The notes under the pieces are model-generated. The model ran no database searches. It had not been told where the DNA came from and worked only from the letters and a program-made list of their open reading frames with translations. This document shows positions 1 through 9,350 of a stretch of DNA of 32,000 nucleotides, in pieces. The stretch spans positions 4,860,001 to 4,892,000 of the forward strand of contig NZ_LN831024.1 of the NCBI RefSeq assembly GCF_001457615.1, read 5' to 3'. Position numbers and translations under genes: made by a program. Origin of the DNA: Pseudomonas aeruginosa. GTDB taxonomy: Bacteria > Pseudomonadota > Gammaproteobacteria > Pseudomonadales > Pseudomonadaceae. Within the stretch, counting starts at the first letter, position 1. Each line of letters begins with the position of its first letter.

Positions 1-101
1 CCGAGCTGCTGCGAACACTCCCGTGGGCCGTCCCGCCCCGGCAGCGCGGCGCAACCGCCGAGCAGGGCGGCGCACAGGCCGATGCCGATCAGTGCTTTCA
101 T
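1..101 (-). CDS. tadD: TadD-like lipoprotein of the Tad pilus system, N-terminus only (truncated by window edge)
   Basis: Reverse strand from 101 reads MKALIGIGLCAALLGGCAAPPGRDGPREC..., a signal peptide with lipobox LLGGC. The start overlaps the tadC stop (ATGA), in the position expected for tadD. Confidence 0.72.
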   Translation of the reverse strand, partial: MKALIGIGLCAALLGGCAALPGRDGPRECSQQL

Positions 102-1015
102 CCCAGTCCTCCCAAGGCCTTGGTGATGGCAATGACGCCCGGACCGGCGAGGACGATCAGCAGCGCCGGGAACAGCAGCACCATCATCACCAGGCTCATC
201 TTCGCCGACAGCTTGCCGATGCGTTCCTGCAAGGTGGTCAGGCGCCGGTCTTCGAACAGTTGCTTGAGCGTCAGCAGGGTGCTGCGCGCACTGCCGCCCT
301 GGCGCAACATCTGCCGTAGCACGCCGCAGCAGTCGTTCAGCGGGTCCACCTGCAGGCGCCGGGCAAGCGCCTCCAGCTCTTCCGCCAGGTCGATGCCGTT
401 GTCGGCACGGGTCAGCGCCAGGTCCAGCTCGCGGGCCAGTTGCGGGGTGATCCCGCGGCCTTCCAGGCAGACCACGCGCAGCGTCTGCTCCACGGTCAGG
501 CCGGCGTCGAAGAGGATGCGGATCAGTTGCACGAACAGGATCATCTCGTCGGCGATCAGCGCCCGGCGCGCCTTGGCGAAGTGCTTGAGCACCTGCTTGG
601 GCAGGAGGAAACCGATGCCGGCGGCGAACAGCAGCGGCACCGCGTAGGACGCCTCGCTCTCGGCGCGCAGCAGCTTGACCAGCAAGACCAGGAGAACGAA
701 CAGCAGCGGCGTGAGGAACACCGAGATCAGGTACAGGGTCCGGTAGCGACTCTCGTGCCAGCCGGCCTGTTGCAGCAACTGGCGGGCCTCGCTGTCCATC
801 AGTTGCAGGCGCCGCACCCAGAAGCTGTCGTCCATCCGCTCGGTCATGCCGGCCAGCCACCTGGTCGAGCCGCCAGGGTTGGCCAGCGCTCCCAGGCGCC
901 TCTCGATCAGGCGCTGCTCGCGGCTGCCGTTGCGCGCCTGGAGCAACAGCAACAAGGCACCGCCGACCGCCATCAGGAGCGCCGCGAAAATCAGCCACTG
1001 TGCCTGCATGGCCAC
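98..1015 (-). CDS. tadC: TadC, type II/IV secretion system F-family inner membrane protein
   Basis: 305 aa ORF with several TM segments and T2SSF-like sequence (FVQLIRILFDAGLTVEQTLRV...SLVMMVLLFPALLIVLAGPGVI), adjacent to tadB. Confidence 0.93.
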   Translation of the reverse strand: MAMQAQWLIFAALLMAVGGALLLLLQARNGSREQRLIERRLGALANPGGSTRWLAGMTERMDDSFWVRRLQLMDSEARQLLQQAGWHESRYRTLYLISVFLTPLLFVLLVLLVKLLRAESEASYAVPLLFAAGIGFLLPKQVLKHFAKARRALIADEMILFVQLIRILFDAGLTVEQTLRVVCLEGRGITPQLARELDLALTRADNGIDLAEELEALARRLQVDPLNDCCGVLRQMLRQGGSARSTLLTLKQLFEDRRLTTLQERIGKLSAKMSLVMMVLLFPALLIVLAGPGVIAITKALGGLG

Positions 1016-1018
1016 CTC

Positions 1019-1903
1019 CTAGACGCTCTTGAGCATGCGCCACAGCGCATAGCAGCCGAGCAGTTGCAGCCCGAGCGAGGCCAGGAGCAGGAAACGCCCG
1101 GTGCCGTCGGCCCACATGTTCAGCAGATAGCCCGGGTTGCTCGCCAGGATGTAGCCGCCCAGGGCGCTCGGCACGCCGGCCAGGACATAGGCGCTGATCC
1201 GTGTCTCGCCGGTCATCGCGTGCAACTGCCGGCTGAGCTTCTCGCGCTCGTGGATGAGCTTGACGATGCTGTCCAGCAGGTCGCTGGTATTGCCGCCATA
1301 ACGGTGGTTGACCGAGACGCCCAGGGCGAGGATGCGCAGCTCCTCAACCTCGTAGAGTTCGGCGACTTCCTGCAACGCCTCCGGCAGGTGGATGCCGAGA
1401 AGCACGTGGTTGCGCGCCAGGGTGAAGATGTCGCGCAGCGGCTCCTCGGCATTCTCCACTGCCTGCATTAGCGCGTCGCCCAGCGTGCGCCCGGCGTGCA
1501 GGCTGCGCACTACCTGGTCGAGGAAACGCGGCATCTGCCGGATCATTCGCTTCAGGCGGCGCTGGTAGAGCATGCCCAGGGCGACGCGGCAGGACAGCGC
1601 CGCCAGTAGCAGGCCGCCTAGCGCGCCGACGATGCCGAACAGGCGTAATCCGCTCCAGACCAGCAGCAGCGCAAGCACTGCCGCCCCGAACAACCACGGA
1701 CGCGGGCGCTGGATACCGGCGCGACGCATCTGGCGAGCCAGCCAGTGACTGCTGCGCGGCCGCACCGCGACCGCCTCCTGGCGTCCCAGCAGCCGTTCAA
1801 CCACCAGTTCGTTGCGCCCGGCGCGCCAGCCCATGAACGCCAGGGCCAGCGCGGCGAAAGCCAGCACGCCGCTGAACAGCACCAGCAGTTGCGCGCCGTT
1901 CAC
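1019..1903 (-). CDS. tadB: TadB, type II/IV secretion system F-family inner membrane protein
   Basis: 294 aa ORF with T2SSF-like motif ([34 protein letters not shown]), between tadA and tadC. Confidence 0.93.
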   Translation of the reverse strand: MNGAQLLVLFSGVLAFAALALAFMGWRAGRNELVVERLLGRQEAVAVRPRSSHWLARQMRRAGIQRPRPWLFGAAVLALLLVWSGLRLFGIVGALGGLLLAALSCRVALGMLYQRRLKRMIRQMPRFLDQVVRSLHAGRTLGDALMQAVENAEEPLRDIFTLARNHVLLGIHLPEALQEVAELYEVEELRILALGVSVNHRYGGNTSDLLDSIVKLIHEREKLSRQLHAMTGETRISAYVLAGVPSALGGYILASNPGYLLNMWADGTGRFLLLASLGLQLLGCYALWRMLKSV

Positions 1904-3165
1904 AGCAGCGCCTGGCGGAATTTCTGCCCGACCGGCGCGGCCTGGCGGACGAACTGCCCGCTACCGCGCCGGTCGAGACTGAACAGCGTATTGGTGACGT
2001 ACACACCGTCGCGCACCTCCAGCACCTCCAGCACTTCGCTGATGCAACGCCGACCGCTGGCCAGGCGGGTGATCTGCACCACCACGTCCAGCGCGGCGCA
2101 GATCATCAGGCGCAAGGTCTGCTCCGGCAGCCTGTTACCGGTCAGGCCGACCAGCATCTCCATGCGCAGCAGCGAATCCATCGCCGAGTTGGCGTGCACC
2201 GTGCTCATCGAGCCGTCGTGGCCGGTGTTCATCGCCTGCAGCACGTCGAGCACCTCGACGCCGCGGATCTCGCCGAGGATGATCCGGTCCGGGCGCATCC
2301 GCAGGGCGTTGCGGATCAGGTCGCGGGCGGTCACCTCGCCGTAGCCCTCGGCGTTCGGCGGACGGGTCTCCAGACGCACCACGTGGTCGTGGCCGAGTTG
2401 CAGCTCGGCGGTGTCCTCGATGGTGACGATCCGCTCGCGTTCGTCGATGAAGCCGCTGATGACGTTGAGCAAGGTGGTCTTGCCGGTGCCGGTGCCGCCA
2501 CTGATGAGGATGTTGCAGCGGCGCGAGACCGCCTGGCGGAGGAACTCGAGCAAGGCTTCGTCGACGCTCTGGTAGGCCAGCAGGTCGGCACTGCGCAGCA
2601 GCTCCTGGCTGAACTTGCGGATCGAGATGCACGGCCCGTCCAGCGCCACCGGGGGAATGATCGCGTTGACCCGGCTGCCGTCCGGCAGGCGCGCGTCGAC
2701 CATCGGGCTGGACTCGTCCAGGCGTCGGCCGAGGGGCGCGAGGATACGCTGGATCACCCGCAGCACATGGTGGTCGTCGATGAAGCGCAGGTCGCTCTGG
2801 TAGAGCCGCCCTTCCCGCTCGACGAACACCCGGCCCGGCCCGTTGACGAGGATTTCCGAGACGCCGGGATCGCGCAGGAGGATCTCCAGCGGGCCGAAGC
2901 CGGTGAGTTCGTCGACCACCTCTTCGGCCAGGCGGTCCAGTTCGTAGCGGGAGATCGCCAGTTGATGGCGCGAGCCGTATTCGCAGACCTTTTCCGAGAC
3001 GTACTGGACCACGGCGGAGCGCGCGCCCTCCAGCAGGTTCATGCCGTCTTCGTCGATCTCGTCGATGATGTAGCGGTGCAGGCGCAGCTTCAGCGCCTGG
3101 ATGTCCTGCTCCTGGCGGGAGTGGAAGGCACCGCCGTCAGGACGCGCGCCGAATCCCGTGCTCAT
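1900..3165 (-). CDS. tadA: TadA/CpaF-family pilus assembly ATPase
   Basis: 421 aa from [12 protein letters not shown]. Walker [15 protein letters not shown], Asp/Walker B region [12 protein letters not shown], His box [13 protein letters not shown]. The ORF track entry 1900-5001 is this frame left open upstream. The true start is probably the ATG at 3165, overlapping the tadZ stop. Confidence 0.96.
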   Translation of the reverse strand: MSTGFGARPDGGAFHSRQEQDIQALKLRLHRYIIDEIDEDGMNLLEGARSAVVQYVSEKVCEYGSRHQLAISRYELDRLAEEVVDELTGFGPLEILLRDPGVSEILVNGPGRVFVEREGRLYQSDLRFIDDHHVLRVIQRILAPLGRRLDESSPMVDARLPDGSRVNAIIPPVALDGPCISIRKFSQELLRSADLLAYQSVDEALLEFLRQAVSRRCNILISGGTGTGKTTLLNVISGFIDERERIVTIEDTAELQLGHDHVVRLETRPPNAEGYGEVTARDLIRNALRMRPDRIILGEIRGVEVLDVLQAMNTGHDGSMSTVHANSAMDSLLRMEMLVGLTGNRLPEQTLRLMICAALDVVVQITRLASGRRCISEVLEVLEVRDGVYVTNTLFSLDRRGSGQFVRQAAPVGQKFRQALL

Positions 3166-4346
3166 AGCAGCGCCGCCTTGGCCCGGCCGAGCCAGGACAG
3201 CAGCGAACGGCGCTCGCCGCGTGTCACGCACAGGCTGTCCGCCAGTTGCCGCAGCTTGGCCGCCAATGGGTCGCGCGGCGCCACCTCGAACAGGCTCTTG
3301 CCGAGGTTCTTCGCGCGCAGGCGCGATTCCGGGGACAACGGCAGGACACCGAACAGATCGAGGTCGAACATCCGGCTTAGGGCCTGCTGGTCCGGCGCCA
3401 CATTGGGCAGGTAGCGCTCGATCAGCAACTCGATGGAGGGCAACGGCAGGTTGCGCTCGCGCAGGCGGCGCAGGCGCTCCAGGCCCTTCTTGCAGGACGG
3501 CACGCTCTGGTCGACCATCCACAGCACGCGGTTGGCCTGCACCAGCAACTGGTTGCTCAGCTCGCCCTCGGGCAGCCCGGTGAGGTTGACCACCACATGG
3601 CTGAACGCCCCGCGCAGGTTGCCCAGCAACAGATAGAGTTCGGCGGTGGTGACTCGCTCCAGCACGCCGGGCTCGTCGGTCAGGCTGAGTATCCGCAGGC
3701 CGCTGTCGAGGCGGGTGAAGGCGCTGTCGATCAGGGTCTGGTCGAGGCGCCGCAGGTTGCGCAAGGCATCGCTGAAGGTGAAGGCCGAGTCCAGGCCGAG
3801 GATCGCCAGCGCCTCGCCGGTGGGCTGGCCGACGTCCAGCAGCAGGACCTGGTTCGGCGTCTGCTCCTGCAACGCCTTGGCCAGGTGCAAGGCGACGAAG
3901 GCGCCGTCGGCGTCCGGTCGGGCGCTGACCAGGGTCAGCAGCTCGCCCTGGCGCGCCGCGCTCACCGGCACGCTGGGCAGGCGTCCGCCGAGGCGCCGGA
4001 TCAGCCCGGTCAGCTCGCTGGCGCGGGCGCCGTAGGTGATGAAGTCGCGCGCGCCGGCGCGCATCGCCGCCAGCACCAACTGGTTGTCCAGGCCGTCGCC
4101 GATGGCCACCACCGAGAGCATCGGCCGCGCCGATACCAATCCCTCGACCAGCGCGCCCTGGGACACCAGGTTGCTTTTGCCGAGGCTGATGAACAGCACC
4201 CCGGCGGCGGTGACGTCGAGCAGCGCCAGCAGCTCCTCCAGGCTGGCGCTGCCTGCCGGAACCACCTGGCCGGCGGACGCCAGGCTGTTCTGCAACCAGT
4301 CGAGTTCGCCGGGATGCTGGGTCAGCGCCACGAAGTTCTGGTTCAT
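3162..4346 (-). CDS. tadZ: TadZ/CpaE-like pilus assembly protein (P-loop-like fold with divergent Walker A)
   Basis: 394 aa ORF. N-terminal receiver-like part followed by a ParA/MinD-like part (LLTLVSARPDADGAFVALHLAKAL...VLLLDVGQPTG), between rcpA and tadA. Confidence 0.88.
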   Translation of the reverse strand: MNQNFVALTQHPGELDWLQNSLASAGQVVPAGSASLEELLALLDVTAAGVLFISLGKSNLVSQGALVEGLVSARPMLSVVAIGDGLDNQLVLAAMRAGARDFITYGARASELTGLIRRLGGRLPSVPVSAARQGELLTLVSARPDADGAFVALHLAKALQEQTPNQVLLLDVGQPTGEALAILGLDSAFTFSDALRNLRRLDQTLIDSAFTRLDSGLRILSLTDEPGVLERVTTAELYLLLGNLRGAFSHVVVNLTGLPEGELSNQLLVQANRVLWMVDQSVPSCKKGLERLRRLRERNLPLPSIELLIERYLPNVAPDQQALSRMFDLDLFGVLPLSPESRLRAKNLGKSLFEVAPRDPLAAKLRQLADSLCVTRGERRSLLSWLGRAKAALL

Positions 4347-4355
4347 GCGCGCCTC

Positions 4356-5606
4356 CTAATCCGACAGACCGGTGTCGTTCTGCTGGCCGTCGTACTCGCC
4401 GCGCTCGAGGAAGTACAGGCGCGAGAACCCCGGATCGTAGTGCCGCAGGCCCTCGCCGGGCAGGTCCGGCAACTGTGCGTCGGCGGCCAGCGGCTGGACC
4501 AGGTGCGGGGTGACGATCATCAGCAGCTCGCGGTCGTCCTTGTCCAGCTTGGTCGAGCGGAAGAACGCACCGAGGATCGGGATGTCGCCCAGCCAGGGAA
4601 ACTTGTCGACGTTGCTCACCGAGTTGCTGCTGGTCAGCCCGCTGATCACGAAGCTCTCGCCGTCGGCCAGCATCACGCTGGTGTCGGTGCGCCGGACGCG
4701 CAGTGCCGGCACCGCCACCCCGCCGCTCTGGATGCCGGCGCTGTAGTCCAGTTCGCTGACCTCCGGCGCCACCTTGAGAGCGATGCGGCGGTTGTTCATC
4801 ACCGTCGGGGTGAGGGTCAGGCGGATGCCGAACTCCTTGTATTCGATGGTGACGTTGTCGTTGGTGCCGTTCGGCACCGGGATCGGAAACTCGCCGCCGG
4901 CGAGGAACGACGCGCTCTGCCCGCTCATCGCCACCAGGCTCGGGCGCGCCAGGGTATAGGCGAAGCCGCTGCCCTCCAGGGCATTCATGAAGCTCAACCA
5001 CTTGCCGCCGCCGAAGATCAGGTTGAATCCCGAGCTGCCGGTGCCGAAGGTGCCGCCCAGGCCGCTGCCGTCGGCATTGACCTTGATGTCGCCGAGGCTG
5101 CCCGGCGCACCGAGCACCCAGAGGTTGCCGCCGCGGCGGACGAACGAGGTGCTGGCCTGCTTCAGCTTGCTGCGGCTGACCTCGACGAAGCGGATATCGG
5201 TCTGCACCTGGTTCGGCAGCTCCTCTGCGGCGCCGACGGTGAACGCTGGAGCACCGCGGGTATCGACGCTACCGCGTCCCTCGACCTCCACCAGGCTGCG
5301 CAACGGCTCGGGACTGCAGCCGGTCCAGATCAGCAGGCTGGTGGAGCCCTGTTCCTTACCGGTGACCAGGAAGCCGCGACGATCCAGCAACTGTACGTCG
5401 GCGATCTTCGGATCGCCGATGGCCAGCCGTTCGATCGGCACCGCCAGGCGCAGGTCACGCTGTTGTCCCTGGACGACGTCGACCCGCGGCGCCTGCGCCA
5501 GCAACTCGATGCAGCCCTGCGGCAAAGCCAGTGCCGGCAGCGCCAACGCCACCCCCAGCAGCCCTCCCAGCCAGCGCGACACGCCTATCCCGGTGCTCCG
5601 ATGCAT
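4356..5606 (-). CDS. rcpA: RcpA/CpaC-family outer-membrane secretin
   Basis: Secretin signatures (VALKVAPEVSELDYSAGI...VPALRVRRTDTSVMLADGESFVISGLTSSN...VDKFPWLGDIPILGAFFRS). Chosen start is MHRSTGIGVSRWLGG, which has a signal peptide. The ORF track start at 5633 is 9 codons upstream. Confidence 0.93.
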   Translation of the reverse strand: MHRSTGIGVSRWLGGLLGVALALPALALPQGCIELLAQAPRVDVVQGQQRDLRLAVPIERLAIGDPKIADVQLLDRRGFLVTGKEQGSTSLLIWTGCSPEPLRSLVEVEGRGSVDTRGAPAFTVGAAEELPNQVQTDIRFVEVSRSKLKQASTSFVRRGGNLWVLGAPGSLGDIKVNADGSGLGGTFGTGSSGFNLIFGGGKWLSFMNALEGSGFAYTLARPSLVAMSGQSASFLAGGEFPIPVPNGTNDNVTIEYKEFGIRLTLTPTVMNNRRIALKVAPEVSELDYSAGIQSGGVAVPALRVRRTDTSVMLADGESFVISGLTSSNSVSNVDKFPWLGDIPILGAFFRSTKLDKDDRELLMIVTPHLVQPLAADAQLPDLPGEGLRHYDPGFSRLYFLERGEYDGQQNDTGLSD

Positions 5607-5619
5607 ATGCCGGCTCCCC

Positions 5620-6531
5620 TCAAGGCACTTCATGGGTCATGGCGCTGCCACGGTAGACCGTGACCCCGTTGGCCACCGGCACGCGCGGAGCCGCGCTGCG
5701 CACGCTCGGCGCCGTCGGTTTGCGGCGCTCCAGCAGTTGGTCGAGACTCAGCGCCGCGCTCGGCGCGCCCAGCGACGCTTGCAGCAGCGCGCCTTCCTGC
5801 TCCCTGCGGTAGAGTTCTTCGTCCTTGCTGCGGATGGCCAGGCGCAGCGAACCGGCCTGGCTCGCCAGCATCAGCCGCGCCACGCCGTCCTCCGGTACCG
5901 CCAGCACCGCGGTACGCGGCGGACGCGGGTCCTTTTCCTGGTTCGAGCGGTCCTGTCCATCGCTGCCCACGGCGATCCGCTCGCCGTAGGTCAGTACCCG
6001 GACGCCGGGCAACACCAGTTGCGCCAGCGGGGTCGATTCGCCGTCCCGCTCGTCACGCACGAAGAGCATCACGTCGACATAGTCGCCGGGCAGGACGAAG
6101 CCGCCGCCGCCGACCACTTCGTCCACAGCGATCGCCATCGCCCGCTCGTCCGGACGGATGGTCCGGGCCAGCGGACCGCCGGGTTCGAGGGTCGCGGCGG
6201 AAAGAATGCTGCCGGCCGGCACCGCGACCCAGACCCGCTTGCCGAGCAACGCCTCGGGCCTGTCGTAGCTACCGACCGGTGCGGTCCGCAACAGCTCGAC
6301 GCTCAGGTCGTCCTTGCCGATCACCGCCAGCGCCGGGAGATCGCGACTGGCCACCAGCACCGGCTTGCGTTCGAGCTTTTCCAGCGAAGCGTCCACCGTC
6401 GCCGAAGCCGGCGCCACGGATGGAGCGTGCGCGTTCGATGGCGCGCGGCCGATGGATACGCCGAGGTATCCGAGCAACACCGCACCGAGCAGCAGCAGGC
6501 CGGCCAGGGCCATCAGCACCTTGCTATTCAT
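5620..6531 (-). CDS. rcpC: RcpC/CpaB-family pilus assembly protein
   Basis: 303 aa, N-terminal TM, SAF-like segment (VLVASRDLPALAVIGKDDLSVELL...LLGKRVWVAVPAGSILSAATL), first gene of the operon. Confidence 0.9.
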   Translation of the reverse strand: MNSKVLMALAGLLLLGAVLLGYLGVSIGRAPSNAHAPSVAPASATVDASLEKLERKPVLVASRDLPALAVIGKDDLSVELLRTAPVGSYDRPEALLGKRVWVAVPAGSILSAATLEPGGPLARTIRPDERAMAIAVDEVVGGGGFVLPGDYVDVMLFVRDERDGESTPLAQLVLPGVRVLTYGERIAVGSDGQDRSNQEKDPRPPRTAVLAVPEDGVARLMLASQAGSLRLAIRSKDEELYRREQEGALLQASLGAPSAALSLDQLLERRKPTAPSVRSAAPRVPVANGVTVYRGSAMTHEVP

Positions 6532-6940
6532 GGGCAGACCCCTGCTATGCGTCCGGACAGGTCGATGAACGGAAAATCACCGGCGATCGCCGATGAACGA
6601 AAAAGAAAAAGTGGCGTCTTGCTGTCCGTGTCATGGCCATACTCCGGGACTGGCTTTCCATGGCAGGTACATTGGGGTTATCGACTGGCGACAGTCGTTA
6701 TTCAAGAACCAAAGTTCATAACTTCGAACTTGCGACGATAGGCCTGAATCTAGACTCGGGATAATCAATGTCAATTTGTCATTAGATGTAGTCCAAGCCT
6801 TGTAACCCGCCATATAACCTTGCGACTAATCCACTCCTACTAATGCCATTTAGTTGTTGCAAAACGCCATCATCGGCCTAGCCTCAGCGTGGAGGCAGGG
6901 CTCTGTCTCGGTGATTGCCGCGTTCGAGGAGCAAACAAGA
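6532..6940. promoter_or_regulatory. Divergent rcpC / flp regulatory region
   Basis: About 409 bp between divergent starts, clearly AT-richer than flanking coding DNA. It contains the perfect inverted repeat CGACTG-GCGA-CAGTCG (6682-6697) and two CTTGCGAC copies (6729-6736, 6819-6826). Confidence 0.65.
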
Positions 6941-7159
6941 ATGAAGAACCTGACCCTGTTCGTGTATTGCAAACTTCGCGCATTCCTGGCGGACGAAGAA
7001 GGGGCAAACGCCATCGAATACGCGGTTATCGCCGGTTTGATCGCGGTGGCTCTGATTGCCGTATTGAGTCCCACGGACAGTGGTATCGTCGGCGGGCTGA
7101 AAGCCTTCTTCGACGGAGTCGGCGAAAAAGTCGGCGGGCTGGCTCCGACAGCGAACTGA
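6941..7159 (+). CDS. flp: Flp type IVb prepilin
   Basis: 72 aa MKNLTLFVYCKLRAFLADEEGANAIEYAVIAGLIAVALIAVL.... Type IVb prepilin peptidase site EEG/ANAIEY followed by a hydrophobic helix. GAGGAG lies at 6926-6931. ORF track start at 6854 rejected. Confidence 0.96.
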   Translation: MKNLTLFVYCKLRAFLADEEGANAIEYAVIAGLIAVALIAVLSPTDSGIVGGLKAFFDGVGEKVGGLAPTAN

Positions 7160-7185
7160 CGCGAGCGCTTTCCCGGTCGCTTCCC

Positions 7186-7218
7186 ATAGTGGCGCCATTT
7201 TCATGGCGCCACTATTTT
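7186..7218 (+). terminator. Rho-independent terminator downstream of flp
   Basis: Perfect 12-bp stem ATAGTGGCGCCA-TTTTCA-TGGCGCCACTAT followed by TTT. Confidence 0.85.
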
Positions 7219-7348
7219 GCCTTTGTAATGGCACTGTGCTACAAAGCCTGCCGTTCAGGCGCTGGATCATGGCTTTCCCCCGCAAGCTCCCTACCTGGTG
7301 GCCTGGGCTCCCCGCCCTTCTTGAGGCTTTTGCCAGGACGCATCGCTC

Positions 7349-9247
7349 ATGCTTCGCTCGCTGTCGTTTGCCAAGAAAATCCTTCTCGCCGCCGCGCTGG
7401 TGGTAGTTTTCGCCTTCAGCTGCTTCATCCTCTACAACGATTACCGACAGCGCGAGGCCGTGCGCACGGACACGGAAAACTACCTCGGGGAAATCGGCAC
7501 CCTGACCGCCAGCAACATCCAGAGCTGGCTGGAAGGCCGCATGCACCTGGTGGAAGGCCTGGCCTCGCAACTGGCGCTGCTCGACCAGCCCGACGAGGCG
7601 AATATCGCAAGGCAACTGGAACAGCCCGTCTTCAGCCGCAATTTCGCGTCGGTCTATCTTGGCGAGGCGGCCAGCGGCACCTTCACCATGCGCCCCTACG
7701 ACGCCATGCCGGAAGGTTACGACCCACGTACCCGCGCCTGGTACAAGGACGCGCTGGCGGCCGACCGGCTGATCGTCACCGAACCTTTCGTCGATGCCGG
7801 CACCGGCGAGCAGATCCTCGCCATGTCGCTGCCGGTGCGGCACGCCGGTCAACTGCTGGGCGTCGCCGCCGGCGACATGAAGCTGGAGACCCTGACCGCG
7901 ATCCTCAATTCCCTGAAGTTCGACGGTGCCGGCTACGCCTTCCTGGTCAGCGACGCCGGCAAGATCCTCCTCCACCCCGACTCCGGGCTGGTCCTGAAGA
8001 CCCTCGCCGAAGCCTATCCCAAAGGCGCACCGAACATCGTCCCCGGGGTCCACGAGGTGGAACTCGACGGTCGCAGCCAGTTCGTTTCCTTCACCCCGGT
8101 GAAGGGACTGCCCGGCGTGACCTGGTACGTCGCCCTGGTCCTCGACCGCGACACCGCCTATTCGATGCTCAGCGAATTCCGCACTTCGGCGATCGTCGCC
8201 ACGCTAATCGCGGTGGTCGGCATCATGCTTCTCCTCGGCATGCTGATCCGCGTACTGATGCAACCGCTCACCGACATGGGCCGCGCCATGCAGGACATCG
8301 CCCAGGGCGAAGGCGACCTGACCAAGCGCCTGAAGGTCACCAGCAACGATGAATTCGGTACGTTGGCCAATGCCTTCAACCGCTTCGTCGAGCGTATCCA
8401 CGAATCGATCCGCGAGGTCGCCGGGACCGCTCGCCAACTGCACGATGTGGCGCAACTGGTGGTGAACGCCTCGAACTCCTCGATGGCCAACTCCGACGAG
8501 CAGTCCAACCGCACCAACAGCGTCGCAGCAGCGATCAACGAACTCGGCGCCGCCGCCCAGGAAATCGCCCGCAACGCCGCCGATGCCTCGCACCACGCCT
8601 CCGACGCCAACCACCAGGCCGAAGACGGCAAGCAGGTGGTCGAGCAGACCATCCGCGCGATGAACGAGCTTTCCGAGAAGATCAGCGCCTCCTGTGCCAA
8701 CATCGAGGCCCTCAACAGCCGCACGGTGAACATCGGCCAGATCCTCGAAGTGATCAAGGGCATCTCCGAGCAGACCAACCTGCTCGCCCTCAACGCCGCC
8801 ATCGAAGCCGCGCGCGCCGGCGAGGCCGGACGCGGCTTCGCGGTGGTCGCCGACGAGGTGCGCAACCTGGCCCACCGTGCCCAGGAGTCGGCCCAGCAGA
8901 TCCAGAAGATGATCGAAGAGCTGCAAGTCGGCGCCCGCGAGGCGGTGGCCACCATGACCGAAAGCCAGCGTTACAGCCTGGAGAGCGTGGAGATCGCCAA
9001 CCGTGCCGGCGAACGCCTGGGTAGCGTGACCAGCCGGATCGGCGAGATCGACAGCATGAACCAGTCGGTGGCCACTGCCACCGAGGAACAGACCGCGGTG
9101 GTCGACTCGCTGAACATGGACATCACCGAGATCAACACCCTCAACCAGGAAGGCGTGGAGAACCTCCAGGCCACCCTGCGCGCCTGCGGCGAGCTGGAAA
9201 CCCAGGCCGGGCGCCTGCGGCACCTGGTGGACAGCTTCAAGATCTGA
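7349..9247 (+). CDS. pctC: Methyl-accepting chemotaxis protein PctC (dCache ligand domain, HAMP, MA domain)
   Basis: 632 aa. TM1, periplasmic dCache with YDPRTRAWY motif, TM2, HAMP ([25 protein letters not shown]), and MCP hairpin ([40 protein letters not shown]). Confidence 0.95.
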   Translation: MLRSLSFAKKILLAAALVVVFAFSCFILYNDYRQREAVRTDTENYLGEIGTLTASNIQSWLEGRMHLVEGLASQLALLDQPDEANIARQLEQPVFSRNFASVYLGEAASGTFTMRPYDAMPEGYDPRTRAWYKDALAADRLIVTEPFVDAGTGEQILAMSLPVRHAGQLLGVAAGDMKLETLTAILNSLKFDGAGYAFLVSDAGKILLHPDSGLVLKTLAEAYPKGAPNIVPGVHEVELDGRSQFVSFTPVKGLPGVTWYVALVLDRDTAYSMLSEFRTSAIVATLIAVVGIMLLLGMLIRVLMQPLTDMGRAMQDIAQGEGDLTKRLKVTSNDEFGTLANAFNRFVERIHESIREVAGTARQLHDVAQLVVNASNSSMANSDEQSNRTNSVAAAINELGAAAQEIARNAADASHHASDANHQAEDGKQVVEQTIRAMNELSEKISASCANIEALNSRTVNIGQILEVIKGISEQTNLLALNAAIEAARAGEAGRGFAVVADEVRNLAHRAQESAQQIQKMIEELQVGAREAVATMTESQRYSLESVEIANRAGERLGSVTSRIGEIDSMNQSVATATEEQTAVVDSLNMDITEINTLNQEGVENLQATLRACGELETQAGRLRHLVDSFKI

Positions 9248-9264
9248 GCCCGTCCGTCCCACAG

Positions 9265-9293
9265 GCCGGCTAACCGCGAAGCGGTTAGCCGGC
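9265..9293. repeat. Palindromic element downstream of pctC
   Basis: GCCGGCTAACCGC-GAA-GCGGTTAGCCGGC, 13-bp perfect stem with GAA loop. Related elements follow pctA and pctB. Confidence 0.85.
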
Positions 9294-9308
9294 GATCATC
9301 CAGCCCCC

Positions 9309-9340
9309 ATGAAAAAGGCGCCCGCGGGCGCCTTTTTCAT
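9309..9340. terminator. Bidirectional rho-independent terminator between pctC and the HerA-like gene
   Basis: Perfect 32-bp palindrome ATGAAAAAGGCGCCCG/CGGGCGCCTTTTTCAT with A-tract and T-tract on either side, between convergent genes. Confidence 0.9.
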
Positions 9341-9350
9341 GGCCTGGCGC

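Noticed and set aside
1900-5001. 1033-aa ORF in the track
   Set aside because: Only the last 421 codons (1900-3165, minus) are TadA. The rest is an open shadow frame overlapping tadZ and rcpA, with low-complexity Arg/Gly/Pro-rich translation.
3597-5663. 688-aa plus-strand ORF opposite tadZ/rcpA
   Set aside because: His/Gln/Ala-rich antisense translation with no domain. The real secretin and TadZ are on the minus strand.
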